Of a stretch of 64,000 bases of DNA, positions 47,245 to 56,645 are shown piece after piece. The DNA is from a virus. The stretch's first letter is position 1; the number at the start of each line of letters is the position of its first letter. The translations under genes and the position numbers were made by a program. The DNA lies in the IMG/VR virus record IMGVR_UViG_3300038620_000091. One strand, written 5' to 3'. The notes under the pieces were generated by a model. That model saw only the letters and a program-made list of their open reading frames with translations. It searched no databases and was not told where the DNA came from.

Positions 47245-48174
47245 GTGAACACACTTTACACATATGACGACGTAAAAAACCAAACCGACTCTTTTTTAAA
47301 ATCAACAGATAAACGTCAAGTTACGCCGAAAAACGTAACTTCGGTTGGCGAAATCGGAATCAACCACAACGGAGACGTAGACACCGCGAAAAAGTTAATT
47401 GATGTGTCTGAAACGTGTGGGTTTGATTTTGTGAAGTTTCAAAAAAGAACACCGGAAGTTTGCGTCCCCGAATGGAAAAAAAGCCAGCTTCGCCAAACCC
47501 CATTTGAAGAGGACCCTATCCCGTACATTAAGTACAAAGAGTATATCGAGTTTGGCAAGGAAGAGTTTGAAGAACTTTTTCGGTATGTCCGGGACTTGGA
47601 TGTTTCCATTTTCTCTAGCGTATGGGACACCGAAAGTGTTGACTTTATGGCCCAATACACGGACATAGGCAAAATTCCATCTGCACATCTTACAAACAAA
47701 AAGCTTACCGAATACGCAAGAGAAAAGTTTGACTTTCTCATTGTCTCAACGGGAATGTCAACTGAGCGGGAAATTCAAGAAAGCATCTGGAACTGCGACC
47801 CGGACGTTGTTATGCATTCGGTTTCAAGCTACCCGACAAAAGCAGAAAATCTTCAACTTCAATACATCCGACACCTAAAGAGAACACTTCAACAGATGTA
47901 CGGAACGGGTCACGGTAAAGAGCTTGGGTACTCCGGGCATGAAACCGAACTTGAAACCGCAGCAGTAGCCGTTGCCTTGGGATCGAAGTGGATGGAACGC
48001 CACGTGACCTTAGACAGAGATATGTGGGGGAGCGACCAGTTTGCTTCTTTGGAGCCGGATGAAATGTATCGGCTTATTGAAATTCTTGTGAATACAGAAA
48101 AAAGTCTGTCCGGGAACTCGCCAAGAACGCTCCTAGATGAAGAAAAAGAAAAGAGAAAGGATCTTAGAAAATGA
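47245..48174 (+). CDS. neuB: N-acetylneuraminate/nonulosonate(-9-phosphate) synthase
   Basis: EIGINHNGD, VKFQKR, SVWD, KIPSA, STGMST, H..SSYP, GYSGHE, ERHVTLDR..WGSD. Confidence 0.93.
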   Translation: MNTLYTYDDVKNQTDSFLKSTDKRQVTPKNVTSVGEIGINHNGDVDTAKKLIDVSETCGFDFVKFQKRTPEVCVPEWKKSQLRQTPFEEDPIPYIKYKEYIEFGKEEFEELFRYVRDLDVSIFSSVWDTESVDFMAQYTDIGKIPSAHLTNKKLTEYAREKFDFLIVSTGMSTEREIQESIWNCDPDVVMHSVSSYPTKAENLQLQYIRHLKRTLQQMYGTGHGKELGYSGHETELETAAVAVALGSKWMERHVTLDRDMWGSDQFASLEPDEMYRLIEILVNTEKSLSGNSPRTLLDEEKEKRKDLRK

Positions 48175-48542
48175 ACTCACAGCCTAAAGAGAAAAACTAT
48201 CACGTAAGCGAAGGAAACGGTCTTTACTTAGAAATTGACCGTTTTCTTAAAAGCGACGGAACCCCAAAAGACGTGTCCGAGTGGAACTTTTTTGTCCGGA
48301 TAAAAAGAAGAAGATCCGATGAAACTAGCCTCCTTGAATGTAGCATAGAAAACGGCAGACTTTCTTTAGATGAAGATTCTTCAGAAGTCAAGTTCAACCT
48401 TGCTCCGGAAGACGTACAAGTTATATCACCGGGAAAATCGGTTTACGACCTTAGAGTAGACGTTCCTTCCGAAGAAAACTCTCGTTTTCCGGTTGAAGGA
48501 GAAATCATTATACAAGATCGAATTAGCAAAAAAGAAGTATGA
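48171..48542 (+). CDS. BppU-N-like virion structural domain protein
   Basis: G.......DGTP.DVS.W.....IK...YDL.....VEG.I.I pattern typical of phage tail and baseplate adaptor domains. Confidence 0.55.
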   Translation: MNSQPKEKNYHVSEGNGLYLEIDRFLKSDGTPKDVSEWNFFVRIKRRRSDETSLLECSIENGRLSLDEDSSEVKFNLAPEDVQVISPGKSVYDLRVDVPSEENSRFPVEGEIIIQDRISKKEV

Positions 48543-49042
48543 GAATCGAAGAAAGATTGATTTCAGATTGGGAATGTGGGCAAGTTGACAGCCCGAAAAG
48601 CCACCCGTCAAACGGAAAGAAAAAACGAACCTTATGTGAAGACTATACACACGTTTTTCCCCTCTTAAATGGGCAGAAGGCAAAACTTACGGTTCCGGAA
48701 GGTTATGAATATGAAATGAGCATCCCAAGGCCCGTTCAACCTTTGAAGGTACTTCTTTTTGACTATTACGCTTTAGAAGGTTCTGTGGTGGCTCACGACT
48801 GGATTTATAAAAACAAAGGGGAAGTTACCTATCAAGTTAAAGAACCCTCTGTGAACCCGTCTGTTGGATTTGCAGAAACAACTAGCTGGAAGCAAATTAA
48901 GGGTGGGCGTTTGACTCAAAAACAGGCAGACCTTGTATTGGTTTCAGACCCGAAAGATTCAGAATATCTTCGGTGGACCGCGTACAGGCTTGCTAGAGTT
49001 TTTGGAAAGGTTGCTTGGAAAGATATAATTGAGGAGGTTTGA
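48539..49042 (+). CDS. DUF1353-like protein
   Basis: TVPEGY....SIPR, AHDWIY, ADLV, R.FG. Confidence 0.65.
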   Translation: MRIEERLISDWECGQVDSPKSHPSNGKKKRTLCEDYTHVFPLLNGQKAKLTVPEGYEYEMSIPRPVQPLKVLLFDYYALEGSVVAHDWIYKNKGEVTYQVKEPSVNPSVGFAETTSWKQIKGGRLTQKQADLVLVSDPKDSEYLRWTAYRLARVFGKVAWKDIIEEV

Positions 49043-49070
49043 TTAAGCACAAACCAAAGACGAAACGATT

Positions 49071-49694
49071 ATGAAGACTTTGATTGCCGCATCCGGAGAC
49101 ACCTTATTAGATGATAAAAATGGAGACGTGATTGACAGCTTCAATCACGTCATTCGATTTAAGGGGTTTGAAAAAGGAATTTTTGAAAATGAAGACCGTG
49201 TTGGCTCGAAGGTAGATTCGATATCTTTTAACACGAATATATATACCCTTCGAGACATGAAAAAGAAGTTCGACCAAAACTACTTTAAAGAGAAGTTTGG
49301 AAGTGTTTACTTTTTAATGACGTGGACTCACAAATCCAGTCTTCGTAGGGGTCTTCACATGCTTAAAAGAAAAATGGGAGATCAGTTTGAAACGATCAAT
49401 TACAATAGAGTAAAAAAACACGTTTATCGGTGCAACCGAAAAAACAATCTGGGGATGCATAAACGAAAAGATTTTTCATCTGGTCTTATCATTGTGTCTC
49501 ACTGCATAATGGACGACAGATATCAAAACGTGTACGTCACCGGATTTGATAGCTTGACCGAAACTGGAGACACGGGTGTTCACTACTACGACGATAGCGC
49601 CTCCGAAAATACATTGGACCGGATTCATGACCTAGAAAACGAAGCAAAAGTTATTCAGCATTGGATTGATGAAGGAACGATAAACCACTTGTGA
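49071..49694 (+). CDS. divergent GT29-like glycosyltransferase (third copy)
   Basis: G..IDSFNHVIRF, VGSK.D, SSGL, V.GFD, HYY, HDL..E. Confidence 0.75.
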   Translation: MKTLIAASGDTLLDDKNGDVIDSFNHVIRFKGFEKGIFENEDRVGSKVDSISFNTNIYTLRDMKKKFDQNYFKEKFGSVYFLMTWTHKSSLRRGLHMLKRKMGDQFETINYNRVKKHVYRCNRKNNLGMHKRKDFSSGLIIVSHCIMDDRYQNVYVTGFDSLTETGDTGVHYYDDSASENTLDRIHDLENEAKVIQHWIDEGTINHL

Positions 49695-49695
49695 C

Positions 49696-50475
49696 ATGAA
49701 ACTTGCACTTTCTTATTCTGCATTTGATGGAATTGAGCTTTTAAAGTATTCGATTCTTTCTGTCCAAAACCACGTAGATTATATTAACGTTGTATATCAA
49801 ACCGAATCTTACTATGGGCAAGGCATCCGAGAAGTAGATAAAAAACGGTTGAAAACTCTAAGAAAAGAGGGGTTTGTTGATAAGTTGATTAAGATGAACC
49901 CAAAAGACACCGGAACTGTGGACATAGCCAAGGGTCATGAAAAAAAGAAACGAATGGCCGGAATTGAAGACTGCCTAGAAAACGGCTGTACGCATTTTGT
50001 GTCTATGGATGTAGACGAATTTTACAGGACCCGCGAGTTTGAATGGGCAAAGAGGCAAGTAAAAAACCGGACGCTGCCTCTTACCGCCTGTAAAATCAAA
50101 AACTACTGGAATCTTCCCATTTATCAAAAGGAAGGGTACTCTGAAGGTGGGCGTTTTCATGTTCCATTCATTTGCGAAATTAATCAAAATACCAAAATAG
50201 CAAACGATTTCTTTTGTAAGGTGGACCCTACTAGAAAAATTAAAAATACCGAAGACAACGTAGGACATCTTTTTCATCCTGAAGATGTTCATATGCATCA
50301 CATGAAGAACGTTCGAGAAAACCTTCTCTGGAAGTATAAAAACACGTCAAGAAGAAGACTAGACCGCTCGAATCTTGTTGGAAAGGTCCGAAACATCAAA
50401 AATTGGAAGCCCTCTCCCGGAGACGGTCAAGTTGTGGACAACTACTTTAATATTCCATTGGACATGTTTCAATAA
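49696..50475 (+). CDS. GT-A fold glycosyltransferase
   Basis: YSAFDG.ELL..SI, KR..G, MDVDEFY (DxD), MHHM..VR. Confidence 0.75.
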   Translation: MKLALSYSAFDGIELLKYSILSVQNHVDYINVVYQTESYYGQGIREVDKKRLKTLRKEGFVDKLIKMNPKDTGTVDIAKGHEKKKRMAGIEDCLENGCTHFVSMDVDEFYRTREFEWAKRQVKNRTLPLTACKIKNYWNLPIYQKEGYSEGGRFHVPFICEINQNTKIANDFFCKVDPTRKIKNTEDNVGHLFHPEDVHMHHMKNVRENLLWKYKNTSRRRLDRSNLVGKVRNIKNWKPSPGDGQVVDNYFNIPLDMFQ

Positions 50476-50712
50476 ATGACTAATCGGTTATCACTTCACA
50501 CCCGATGCTTTCCGAACTTTTCAACGGATCTTTCAAAACTTGAAGCGATTAGTAGGTATTGGGACATGTATTACGAGCGTGTTGAAAAGCTCGGCTATGC
50601 CGATTAGATTCGAACCGAAGACTTGAATGACCCGGATCGAATGAAGAAAGCTTTGAAATCTCTTGGTTTTGAAGACCCCACCGTCAACGAGCATCATAAA
50701 AACCAGTATTAA
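50476..50712 (+). pseudogene. short ORF interrupted by an in-frame TAG (50605)
   Basis: Reads ...CFPNF...EAISRYWDMYYERVEKLGYAD*IRTEDLND...LKSLGF...; fills the gap between two glycosyltransferase genes exactly. Confidence 0.45.
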
Positions 50713-50715
50713 AGA

Positions 50716-51366
50716 ATGTTCAAAACATTTTGTATTGCGAGTGATAAAGATTTCAGGCTTCAACAAAAAAAGTTTCCGTTTGATCTTTTGCAGTGGGAAC
50801 CCGTAGACGTGGTTGAAAACCCCGAAGACGTTCGGGTGCAAACGGCGCTGTCGAAAGTCAAAAATCCCAATTATGAAGATTCAAAGAAAGGTAGAGCAGG
50901 GGCGGCGATTGCCCACCTTTCTCTTTGGATGCATGTTCAAAGTATGGAAGTACCAGTTTTGGTCTTAGAAGACGATGCGGTTCCGCTTGTTAAAGGGCTT
51001 GAAGACAAGATTGAAAGCATTTTAACCCGGCTTCCAGACGGGGATTTTTACAACCTGTTTGCCCGAAGACCGAATCCAAACCACGATTTGCTTGAAGACG
51101 ACCCTAAGAAAATAAAGCCTGCGTACTCTAGTCCATCAAGTTATTCAAAGAAGCCAAACGTAGGTTTCGTGGCTTACGTGATTCGCCCGTCCGGGGCAAA
51201 AAAGCTTATCGAAAGGTTGCGTACACTGGATTTAAACCAGCACATCGATTGGTGGTGCTCGGAACAAACGGACGAACATATTCGTATGTATGTGCAGAAG
51301 CTAAAAACGATGTTCGGACATGATGGTTCTGTAGAAAGCATGAGAAAGCGTTTAAACGGATTTTAG
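50716..51366 (+). CDS. GT25-family glycosyltransferase
   Basis: G...AHL.LW, VLVLEDDA, AYVI...GAKKL, IDW. Confidence 0.8.
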   Translation: MFKTFCIASDKDFRLQQKKFPFDLLQWEPVDVVENPEDVRVQTALSKVKNPNYEDSKKGRAGAAIAHLSLWMHVQSMEVPVLVLEDDAVPLVKGLEDKIESILTRLPDGDFYNLFARRPNPNHDLLEDDPKKIKPAYSSPSSYSKKPNVGFVAYVIRPSGAKKLIERLRTLDLNQHIDWWCSEQTDEHIRMYVQKLKTMFGHDGSVESMRKRLNGF

Positions 51367-51368
51367 AT

Positions 51369-51704
51369 ATGGACGTATATGTAGACATTGATAACGTAAT
51401 TTGTGAAGGTAGAGGCCAAACAGAAGGCCCTGAAGACTATTCATACGAAAGCGCGGTTCCAATCGAGGAAAACATCAAAAAGATCAACCAAATCTACGAA
51501 GACGGTCATACCGTTGTTTATTGGACCGCAAGAGGAACAAAGACCGGGAAAAACTGGAGGCCCCTTACAGAACGCCAACTTCAAAGGTGGGGGTGTAAAT
51601 ACGACGAGTTAAAAATGGGCAAACCCGCTTTTGACGTATTTGTTGACGACAAGGCGTTTAACGCCGAAAGATTTGATGAATTTATAAACTACACACGGCA
51701 GTAG
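51369..51704 (+). CDS. HAD-superfamily phosphatase (capless)
   Basis: VDIDNVIC, YWTARG, MGKP..D.FVDDKA. Confidence 0.88.
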   Translation: MDVYVDIDNVICEGRGQTEGPEDYSYESAVPIEENIKKINQIYEDGHTVVYWTARGTKTGKNWRPLTERQLQRWGCKYDELKMGKPAFDVFVDDKAFNAERFDEFINYTRQ

Positions 51705-51705
51705 C

Positions 51706-52299
51706 ATGAAAACCCCGAAACAAAAGCTTAAAGAAGCGTTTCCTTTCTCTTTCCTTTTTTGGGCGAAAGATAAAATCGCTCATTTGTATGAAAATGTCAA
51801 GACCTCTTCTGTGTTTAAAACTCTGTTCTCTAGCGAGCGGTTTGTGAACTCAGAGCGAAGAAAACCAATCAAACGAGTAAAAGACAAATACAACGTTGAA
51901 GTCCGGCCTTCTCCGGAAGAGGACGGGCAGATGATTGTTATGCTTGAACCGAAAGAGGGGGACCGGATCATGGAAGAATACGACAGTATGAAAACAAAAA
52001 ACCCAAATAGAGACTTTTATCAAAACAAAGCCAAATCAAACAAAATGACGTATTACATCGAACTTGAGGGTGAAATTGTTGAAGAAAGTCAAGACCTGTT
52101 TCAAAACCGATACGAGCTTTGCGAGGAAGCGTTCGGAACGGTGTACATGAAACAGGGGATGCAGATCCTTCACACGATTATCGAAAAGCATGAAGAAGAG
52201 TACAAAGACAAGGTTAAAATCATGAACGACCAAGCAGAGCGGGTAAGTTTTGACGACTTTTCAAAAATGCTTGAAAACTCGAATGTCAGGCAAAACTAA
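51706..52299 (+). CDS. hypothetical protein
   Basis: ORF in operon context. Confidence 0.55.
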   Translation: MKTPKQKLKEAFPFSFLFWAKDKIAHLYENVKTSSVFKTLFSSERFVNSERRKPIKRVKDKYNVEVRPSPEEDGQMIVMLEPKEGDRIMEEYDSMKTKNPNRDFYQNKAKSNKMTYYIELEGEIVEESQDLFQNRYELCEEAFGTVYMKQGMQILHTIIEKHEEEYKDKVKIMNDQAERVSFDDFSKMLENSNVRQN

Positions 52300-52347
52300 G
52301 ATATATATGTTATGCATGAATGTCGTATAAATTAGTAACAAAAACAG

Positions 52348-53136
52348 ATGAAAAGAAGACGTTTAACAGAAGATACAGATAACAGGCCAAAAGATGAAGA
52401 CCTCTGGCAAGACGTGCTTGCCGTAACCAAGGGCGAAAAAAACTCCGTGTCCCGAACTGTGGACGGGGAGGAAGTAACCGTCGAGGCCCCAAACGACGGG
52501 GATGGATTTGACGTTTACCCTTGCGTCCCCCTTGACAGTCAAGCCTTGACTCGCGAAGGTTGGAAAGCCCATGACCGAATTGAAATTGGCGATGAAATTT
52601 TGGCTTATGATATAGATGAAAATGTGCTTTCATGGAGCAAAGTTGAAGATAAACATAGATTCGAAGATGCTCCGATAAAGCGCATGTCAAAAGACAGGGT
52701 AAGTTTTGATGTTCGCTGCACTCCGGGGCACAAGTGGGTTGCCTTTCGAAAAAACAAGTTTGAAGACCGAAGGCTCATTGAAACGTCTGAGCTTCCAACG
52801 AGCTACAACCTTTTAACATCTGCGAAGCTTTCGGAAAGTGTTGAAGGAGAAGCCCTTGAAGAATTATCAAGTTTTGACGTAGAGCGCCGCCACCGAGGTT
52901 TACAAAACATGCACATTGAAGACGACGGAAGAGAAGATGTTTGGTGCCCACAGACTGAACACGGAACGTGGGTTATGCGTCAAGGGTCAACAGTAACAAT
53001 TACCGGAAATTCCGCTTACGCTAATGGTTGGGCTGTTCAAAGGTACGAAGAACTTGGGGGCGAGTGGGAAACCGTTGAAGAACAAATGCTTCGGAAGGTG
53101 GTCCGTGAAGAAATCAAAAGGCAAATCGGCAAGTAG
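52348..53136 (+). CDS. intein-containing conserved phage protein with leader-like C-terminus
   Basis: Exteins join as FDVYP|SAYANGWAVQRYEELGGEW; ends EEQMLRKVVREEIKRQI. Confidence 0.8.
   Translation: MKRRRLTEDTDNRPKDEDLWQDVLAVTKGEKNSVSRTVDGEEVTVEAPNDGDGFDVYPCVPLDSQALTREGWKAHDRIEIGDEILAYDIDENVLSWSKVEDKHRFEDAPIKRMSKDRVSFDVRCTPGHKWVAFRKNKFEDRRLIETSELPTSYNLLTSAKLSESVEGEALEELSSFDVERRHRGLQNMHIEDDGREDVWCPQTEHGTWVMRQGSTVTITGNSAYANGWAVQRYEELGGEWETVEEQMLRKVVREEIKRQIGK
52522..53010 (+). mobile_element. mini-intein (163 aa, no endonuclease)
   Basis: Block A CVPLDSQALT; block B CTPGHKW; block F VWCPQT; block G TITGN followed by Ser+1. Confidence 0.9.
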
Positions 53137-53141
53137 CAGTT

Positions 53142-53867
53142 ATGGGAATCTTAGGCGAAAAAGACGGTCTTGACACGTGGTTTGACTCTAGCAAAGGGGG
53201 TGGAACGTGGGTTGATATATCCCGGACAAACGACGACGGTTCTCACCCTGAATGTGGAGAGAACACAGAAAAGAAAGGTTATCCAAAATGCGTTCCGAAA
53301 AAGAAAGCGGATCAAATGACAAAAAAAGAAAAAGAGCGTTTGGTTCGCCGGAAAAGACGTAAAAACAACGACAACAAGCAAGATCCAGACATGGTAAGTT
53401 CAGATCCAAGCGACCAAAGAAAATCCGAGTCCGTTATTCGCACTTTCATTCGAAATCAAATTCGAGAAGACGTTGACACGTTCAAGTCTGTTTCTCGAAT
53501 GTTAAACGAAGATGAAGATTTGGATAACTGGTTCGATGAGGAAAATTGGGTAGATATTTCAAGAACCGTTGACGGAGAGCACCCGCCGTGTGGAGCGTCA
53601 AGCGACGACGAAGATAGAGAAGACAATCCGGAACACGAGTACCCAAAATGCGTTCCAAAATCAAAGGCAGAAAAACTTTCTGACGAAGAAAAAGAAGAGC
53701 TTGTTAGAAAGAAACGTCAATCTGTAAAATCCGACGACGCGGATCAAAGCTCCGAAGACGGGGATTCCGACGAACCAACATACACGTCAAGTGACCCGGA
53801 CGAAGACGAAAAAAACGAATCGCTTCGAACATTCATTCGTAAAGAAATTCATAAAGCCTTAAACTAA
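53142..53867 (+). CDS. tandem-domain conserved phage protein
   Basis: Two copies of LD.WFD...WVDISRT.DG.HP.CG...YPKCVPK.KA...LVR.KR, each followed by ES.(I/L)RTFIR. Confidence 0.75.
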   Translation: MGILGEKDGLDTWFDSSKGGGTWVDISRTNDDGSHPECGENTEKKGYPKCVPKKKADQMTKKEKERLVRRKRRKNNDNKQDPDMVSSDPSDQRKSESVIRTFIRNQIREDVDTFKSVSRMLNEDEDLDNWFDEENWVDISRTVDGEHPPCGASSDDEDREDNPEHEYPKCVPKSKAEKLSDEEKEELVRKKRQSVKSDDADQSSEDGDSDEPTYTSSDPDEDEKNESLRTFIRKEIHKALN

Positions 53868-53878
53868 TAAAAACTTAT

Positions 53879-54295
53879 ATGTTTGAACCACACGAAACCG
53901 ACGATTCCCCGTTTATCGAGTGCAAATGCTGCGGCTGCAAGTCCGTAGTTCCGCAAATCCAAGAGGGGCCAGCAAACGGGGAGTTTATGGATATTCGAGA
54001 TCAAGATGTATATGACACAAGCGAGGAAAATGCGTTTTTTACGTGCATCGTTTGTGGGGACAACTGGACAAGCCGGAAGGAAAAAGACGGAGACGTTGAA
54101 ATTTCTTTTGTCCACCAAATCGATATGGTCCCGGCCCTTCGAAGAAAGACGGTTGTTCCAGACGAGGCGTATATTCAACAGGTAGATGAAGAAGATTGGG
54201 AGTATTACCTTGGAACTAACGAAATTCGAAAGGAAGAGTGGTTTGAAATCTTAGAAGACCGTAGAGAAGAAATCAAATCCGCACTTGTGAATTAA
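53879..54295 (+). CDS. zinc-finger hypothetical protein
   Basis: CKCCGC...CIVCGDNW. Confidence 0.65.
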   Translation: MFEPHETDDSPFIECKCCGCKSVVPQIQEGPANGEFMDIRDQDVYDTSEENAFFTCIVCGDNWTSRKEKDGDVEISFVHQIDMVPALRRKTVVPDEAYIQQVDEEDWEYYLGTNEIRKEEWFEILEDRREEIKSALVN

Positions 54296-54304
54296 CAAAA
54301 AACG

Positions 54305-54625
54305 ATGAACTCTTCAAAAGAGAAAGTTATCGAAAAACATTTGCAAGAGGTCTACGACCAGTTTGACATTTCCTTTACAATTGACTATTCAAAGTCCGGG
54401 GACCTTATAGACCTTGAAATCGAGGTTGACCGGAACGCAATCCCTTTGTACAAGTATAAAAGGGACAAGAAGCGTATCCAAAAGGTTATGGAGTCCATTT
54501 CTCTTTGCATTTATAAACAGATCAATTCGTTTGCCGAGCAGTCAGGTTCCACGCTTGTTCTGTGTGGAATCCGACTCAAAAGGTTAGATTCAGACACATT
54601 CAAAATTTTTGCAGAATTGACATGA
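54305..54625 (+). CDS. hypothetical protein
   Basis: ORF in operon context. Confidence 0.5.
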   Translation: MNSSKEKVIEKHLQEVYDQFDISFTIDYSKSGDLIDLEIEVDRNAIPLYKYKRDKKRIQKVMESISLCIYKQINSFAEQSGSTLVLCGIRLKRLDSDTFKIFAELT

Positions 54626-55203
54626 AATTTCATATTCCAAAAGACAAGACGTGGGTTCGCCCGTTTTGGAAACGAGCGGTTTACAACTGCTTTGTGGGCT
54701 TTACCTTCCAAAGCCGGGAAGTTTGGAAGCTTCGAGTTGACTTTGGCGAAAACGTAAAAGACGGGGAATCCATCAAACTCGTTGGTTTTAGCGAAGTGAG
54801 GCCGTTTAGCTACCAAAGAGTCAAAAACGGTGGTTGGGGACAGCTTTTTAGCCCAACCCACGAAGACAGCGACCGGATTGTTGCGGTTAAAAACGGAGAC
54901 AAAATCTCTGTTCATGCTTATGTTTACAGAAACGGACTTGGCCCTTCCACCGCAAGCCGACAAGAGCTTCAAAACAGAGATTTTATGAAGAAGCTTGGGA
55001 CTGTAGAAAACGGGGAGCCGTTCTTTGTTGAAATTGACGTGACCGAAGACAAAACGATCTTCGAGTACATGAAAGAAAATAGGTACGTCTCTTTTCCAAG
55101 ACAAAGCAAAAGCCTTGCCCGTTGGTGGACCATGCCACACTCTGCCGGGGCACACGGGAGAACTCTAAGCGGTAAGGTAGATATTGATATTCAAAGGCTC
55201 TAG
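54622..55203 (+). CDS. hypothetical protein
   Basis: Likely start MKFHIPK, overlapping the previous stop. Confidence 0.55.
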   Translation: MKFHIPKDKTWVRPFWKRAVYNCFVGFTFQSREVWKLRVDFGENVKDGESIKLVGFSEVRPFSYQRVKNGGWGQLFSPTHEDSDRIVAVKNGDKISVHAYVYRNGLGPSTASRQELQNRDFMKKLGTVENGEPFFVEIDVTEDKTIFEYMKENRYVSFPRQSKSLARWWTMPHSAGAHGRTLSGKVDIDIQRL

Positions 55204-55561
55204 CAAACAAGCGTTAGACGTTGGTGATTTTAACTCGAAATTCAGAAAACCTTCGAATATGGAGCGTCATTGAGAAGAATAGCTTCTCCATCGATTGCAT
55301 CCACTCCGTTGACTATTTCCGAAGCGAAAAGAAAAGGCGAAGAATCAAGTCATTCGTTAAGGAAAAGATGTGACGTGATTATTTTGTTTGAACGTGCGCT
55401 TACATTTGAGCTTTTCAAAGAGCCAGCTTCTACTTCAGATAAGGTATACCCGGTAAACTACAAGAACAAATACCGTTCATTTCCGGAGTTTAAATACGGA
55501 AAAACAAAAATCGAAGATAAGTTAAACATAAGAAACAAAGTTATCAAACACATATCAAAAC

Positions 55562-56476
55562 ATGAACATTGTTGATAAGCAGTATACAGACCTAATTCAA
55601 AAAATTATCCAAACGGGAACAGACAAAGAAGACCGAACAGGAACAGGAACCCGTTCGGTTTTCGGCCACCAAATGAGGTTCCCGGTTTCAACAGACAACT
55701 TTCCAATTGTTACAGTTAAAGAAACAAAGTTTCGAAGCTTAGTTCACGAGCTTATATGGTTTCTTCGGGGGGAAGAATCCATCAAGTACCTTGTTGAAAA
55801 CGAAGTTGGAATTTGGGACGAGTGGGCAGACGAAGATGGAAATGTTGGCCCGTTGTACGGCGTTCAATGGAGAAAGTGGGAAGACAAGGACGGAAACCGC
55901 ATTGACCAGCTTCAAAACGTTATTGACAATATCAACTCCAACCCGGACAGTAGAAGACACGTCGTTTCCGCTTGGAACGCAGGGAAGCTCGAAGACATGA
56001 ACCTATTTCCTTGCCACATCATGTTTCAATTCTACAGCCGAACGCTTTCTTTTCAAGAGCGGGTAACGGCACTTGAAGAAGAGGTTTTAGGTGGCCCGTG
56101 CAGCAAACCCGTTAACGAGTCTGTTCTTCAAACATACGACGTTCCAAAAAGGGCGCTGGACTGCCAGATTTACATTCGGTCCAACGACACGTTTTTGGGC
56201 CTTCCATTTAACATTTCCTCCTATTCTCTTCTTACAATCATGGTTTCGCGGCTTACCGGACACGTTCCCGGCGAACTTGTCTATACAATTGGGGACGCGC
56301 ATTTGTATAAAAATCACTTCGAGCCTGCCGTTGAAATGATGAACCGAAAAAGCTATTCCCTCCCCTCTCTTGAAGTTTCCGAAGGTCAAACGTCGATTGA
56401 CGACTTTGAGTTTGAAGATTTTAATCTAAAAGGGTACGAAAGCGGAAGTTGGATCAAGGCCCCGATTGCGGTATGA
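55562..56476 (+). CDS. thyA: thymidylate synthase
   Basis: DRTGTGT, ELIWFL, GPLYGVQWR, PDSRR, PCH, RSND.FLGLPFN, GDAHLY.NH. Confidence 0.96.
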   Translation: MNIVDKQYTDLIQKIIQTGTDKEDRTGTGTRSVFGHQMRFPVSTDNFPIVTVKETKFRSLVHELIWFLRGEESIKYLVENEVGIWDEWADEDGNVGPLYGVQWRKWEDKDGNRIDQLQNVIDNINSNPDSRRHVVSAWNAGKLEDMNLFPCHIMFQFYSRTLSFQERVTALEEEVLGGPCSKPVNESVLQTYDVPKRALDCQIYIRSNDTFLGLPFNISSYSLLTIMVSRLTGHVPGELVYTIGDAHLYKNHFEPAVEMMNRKSYSLPSLEVSEGQTSIDDFEFEDFNLKGYESGSWIKAPIAV

Positions 56477-56645
56477 CTGTTGTAAAGAGAACAGATCAAA
56501 GATTGATTGAAGACGACTTTTTGAGAGACGGAGACAAGATTTATATTCTAAAAGGAACAAAAGCAAACATCTTCTGTTTAAAAGAACACGCAATTTTCGG
56601 AAAAACTAGAATGATTATTGAATTTCAAATTTCAACACGCAGGCT

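Noticed and set aside
50605-50607. Genome-wide amber (TAG) recoding
   Set aside because: Many intact genes end at TAG where expected (recA, RNase H, MTase), long genes are not fragmented, and the only tRNA seen is Arg.
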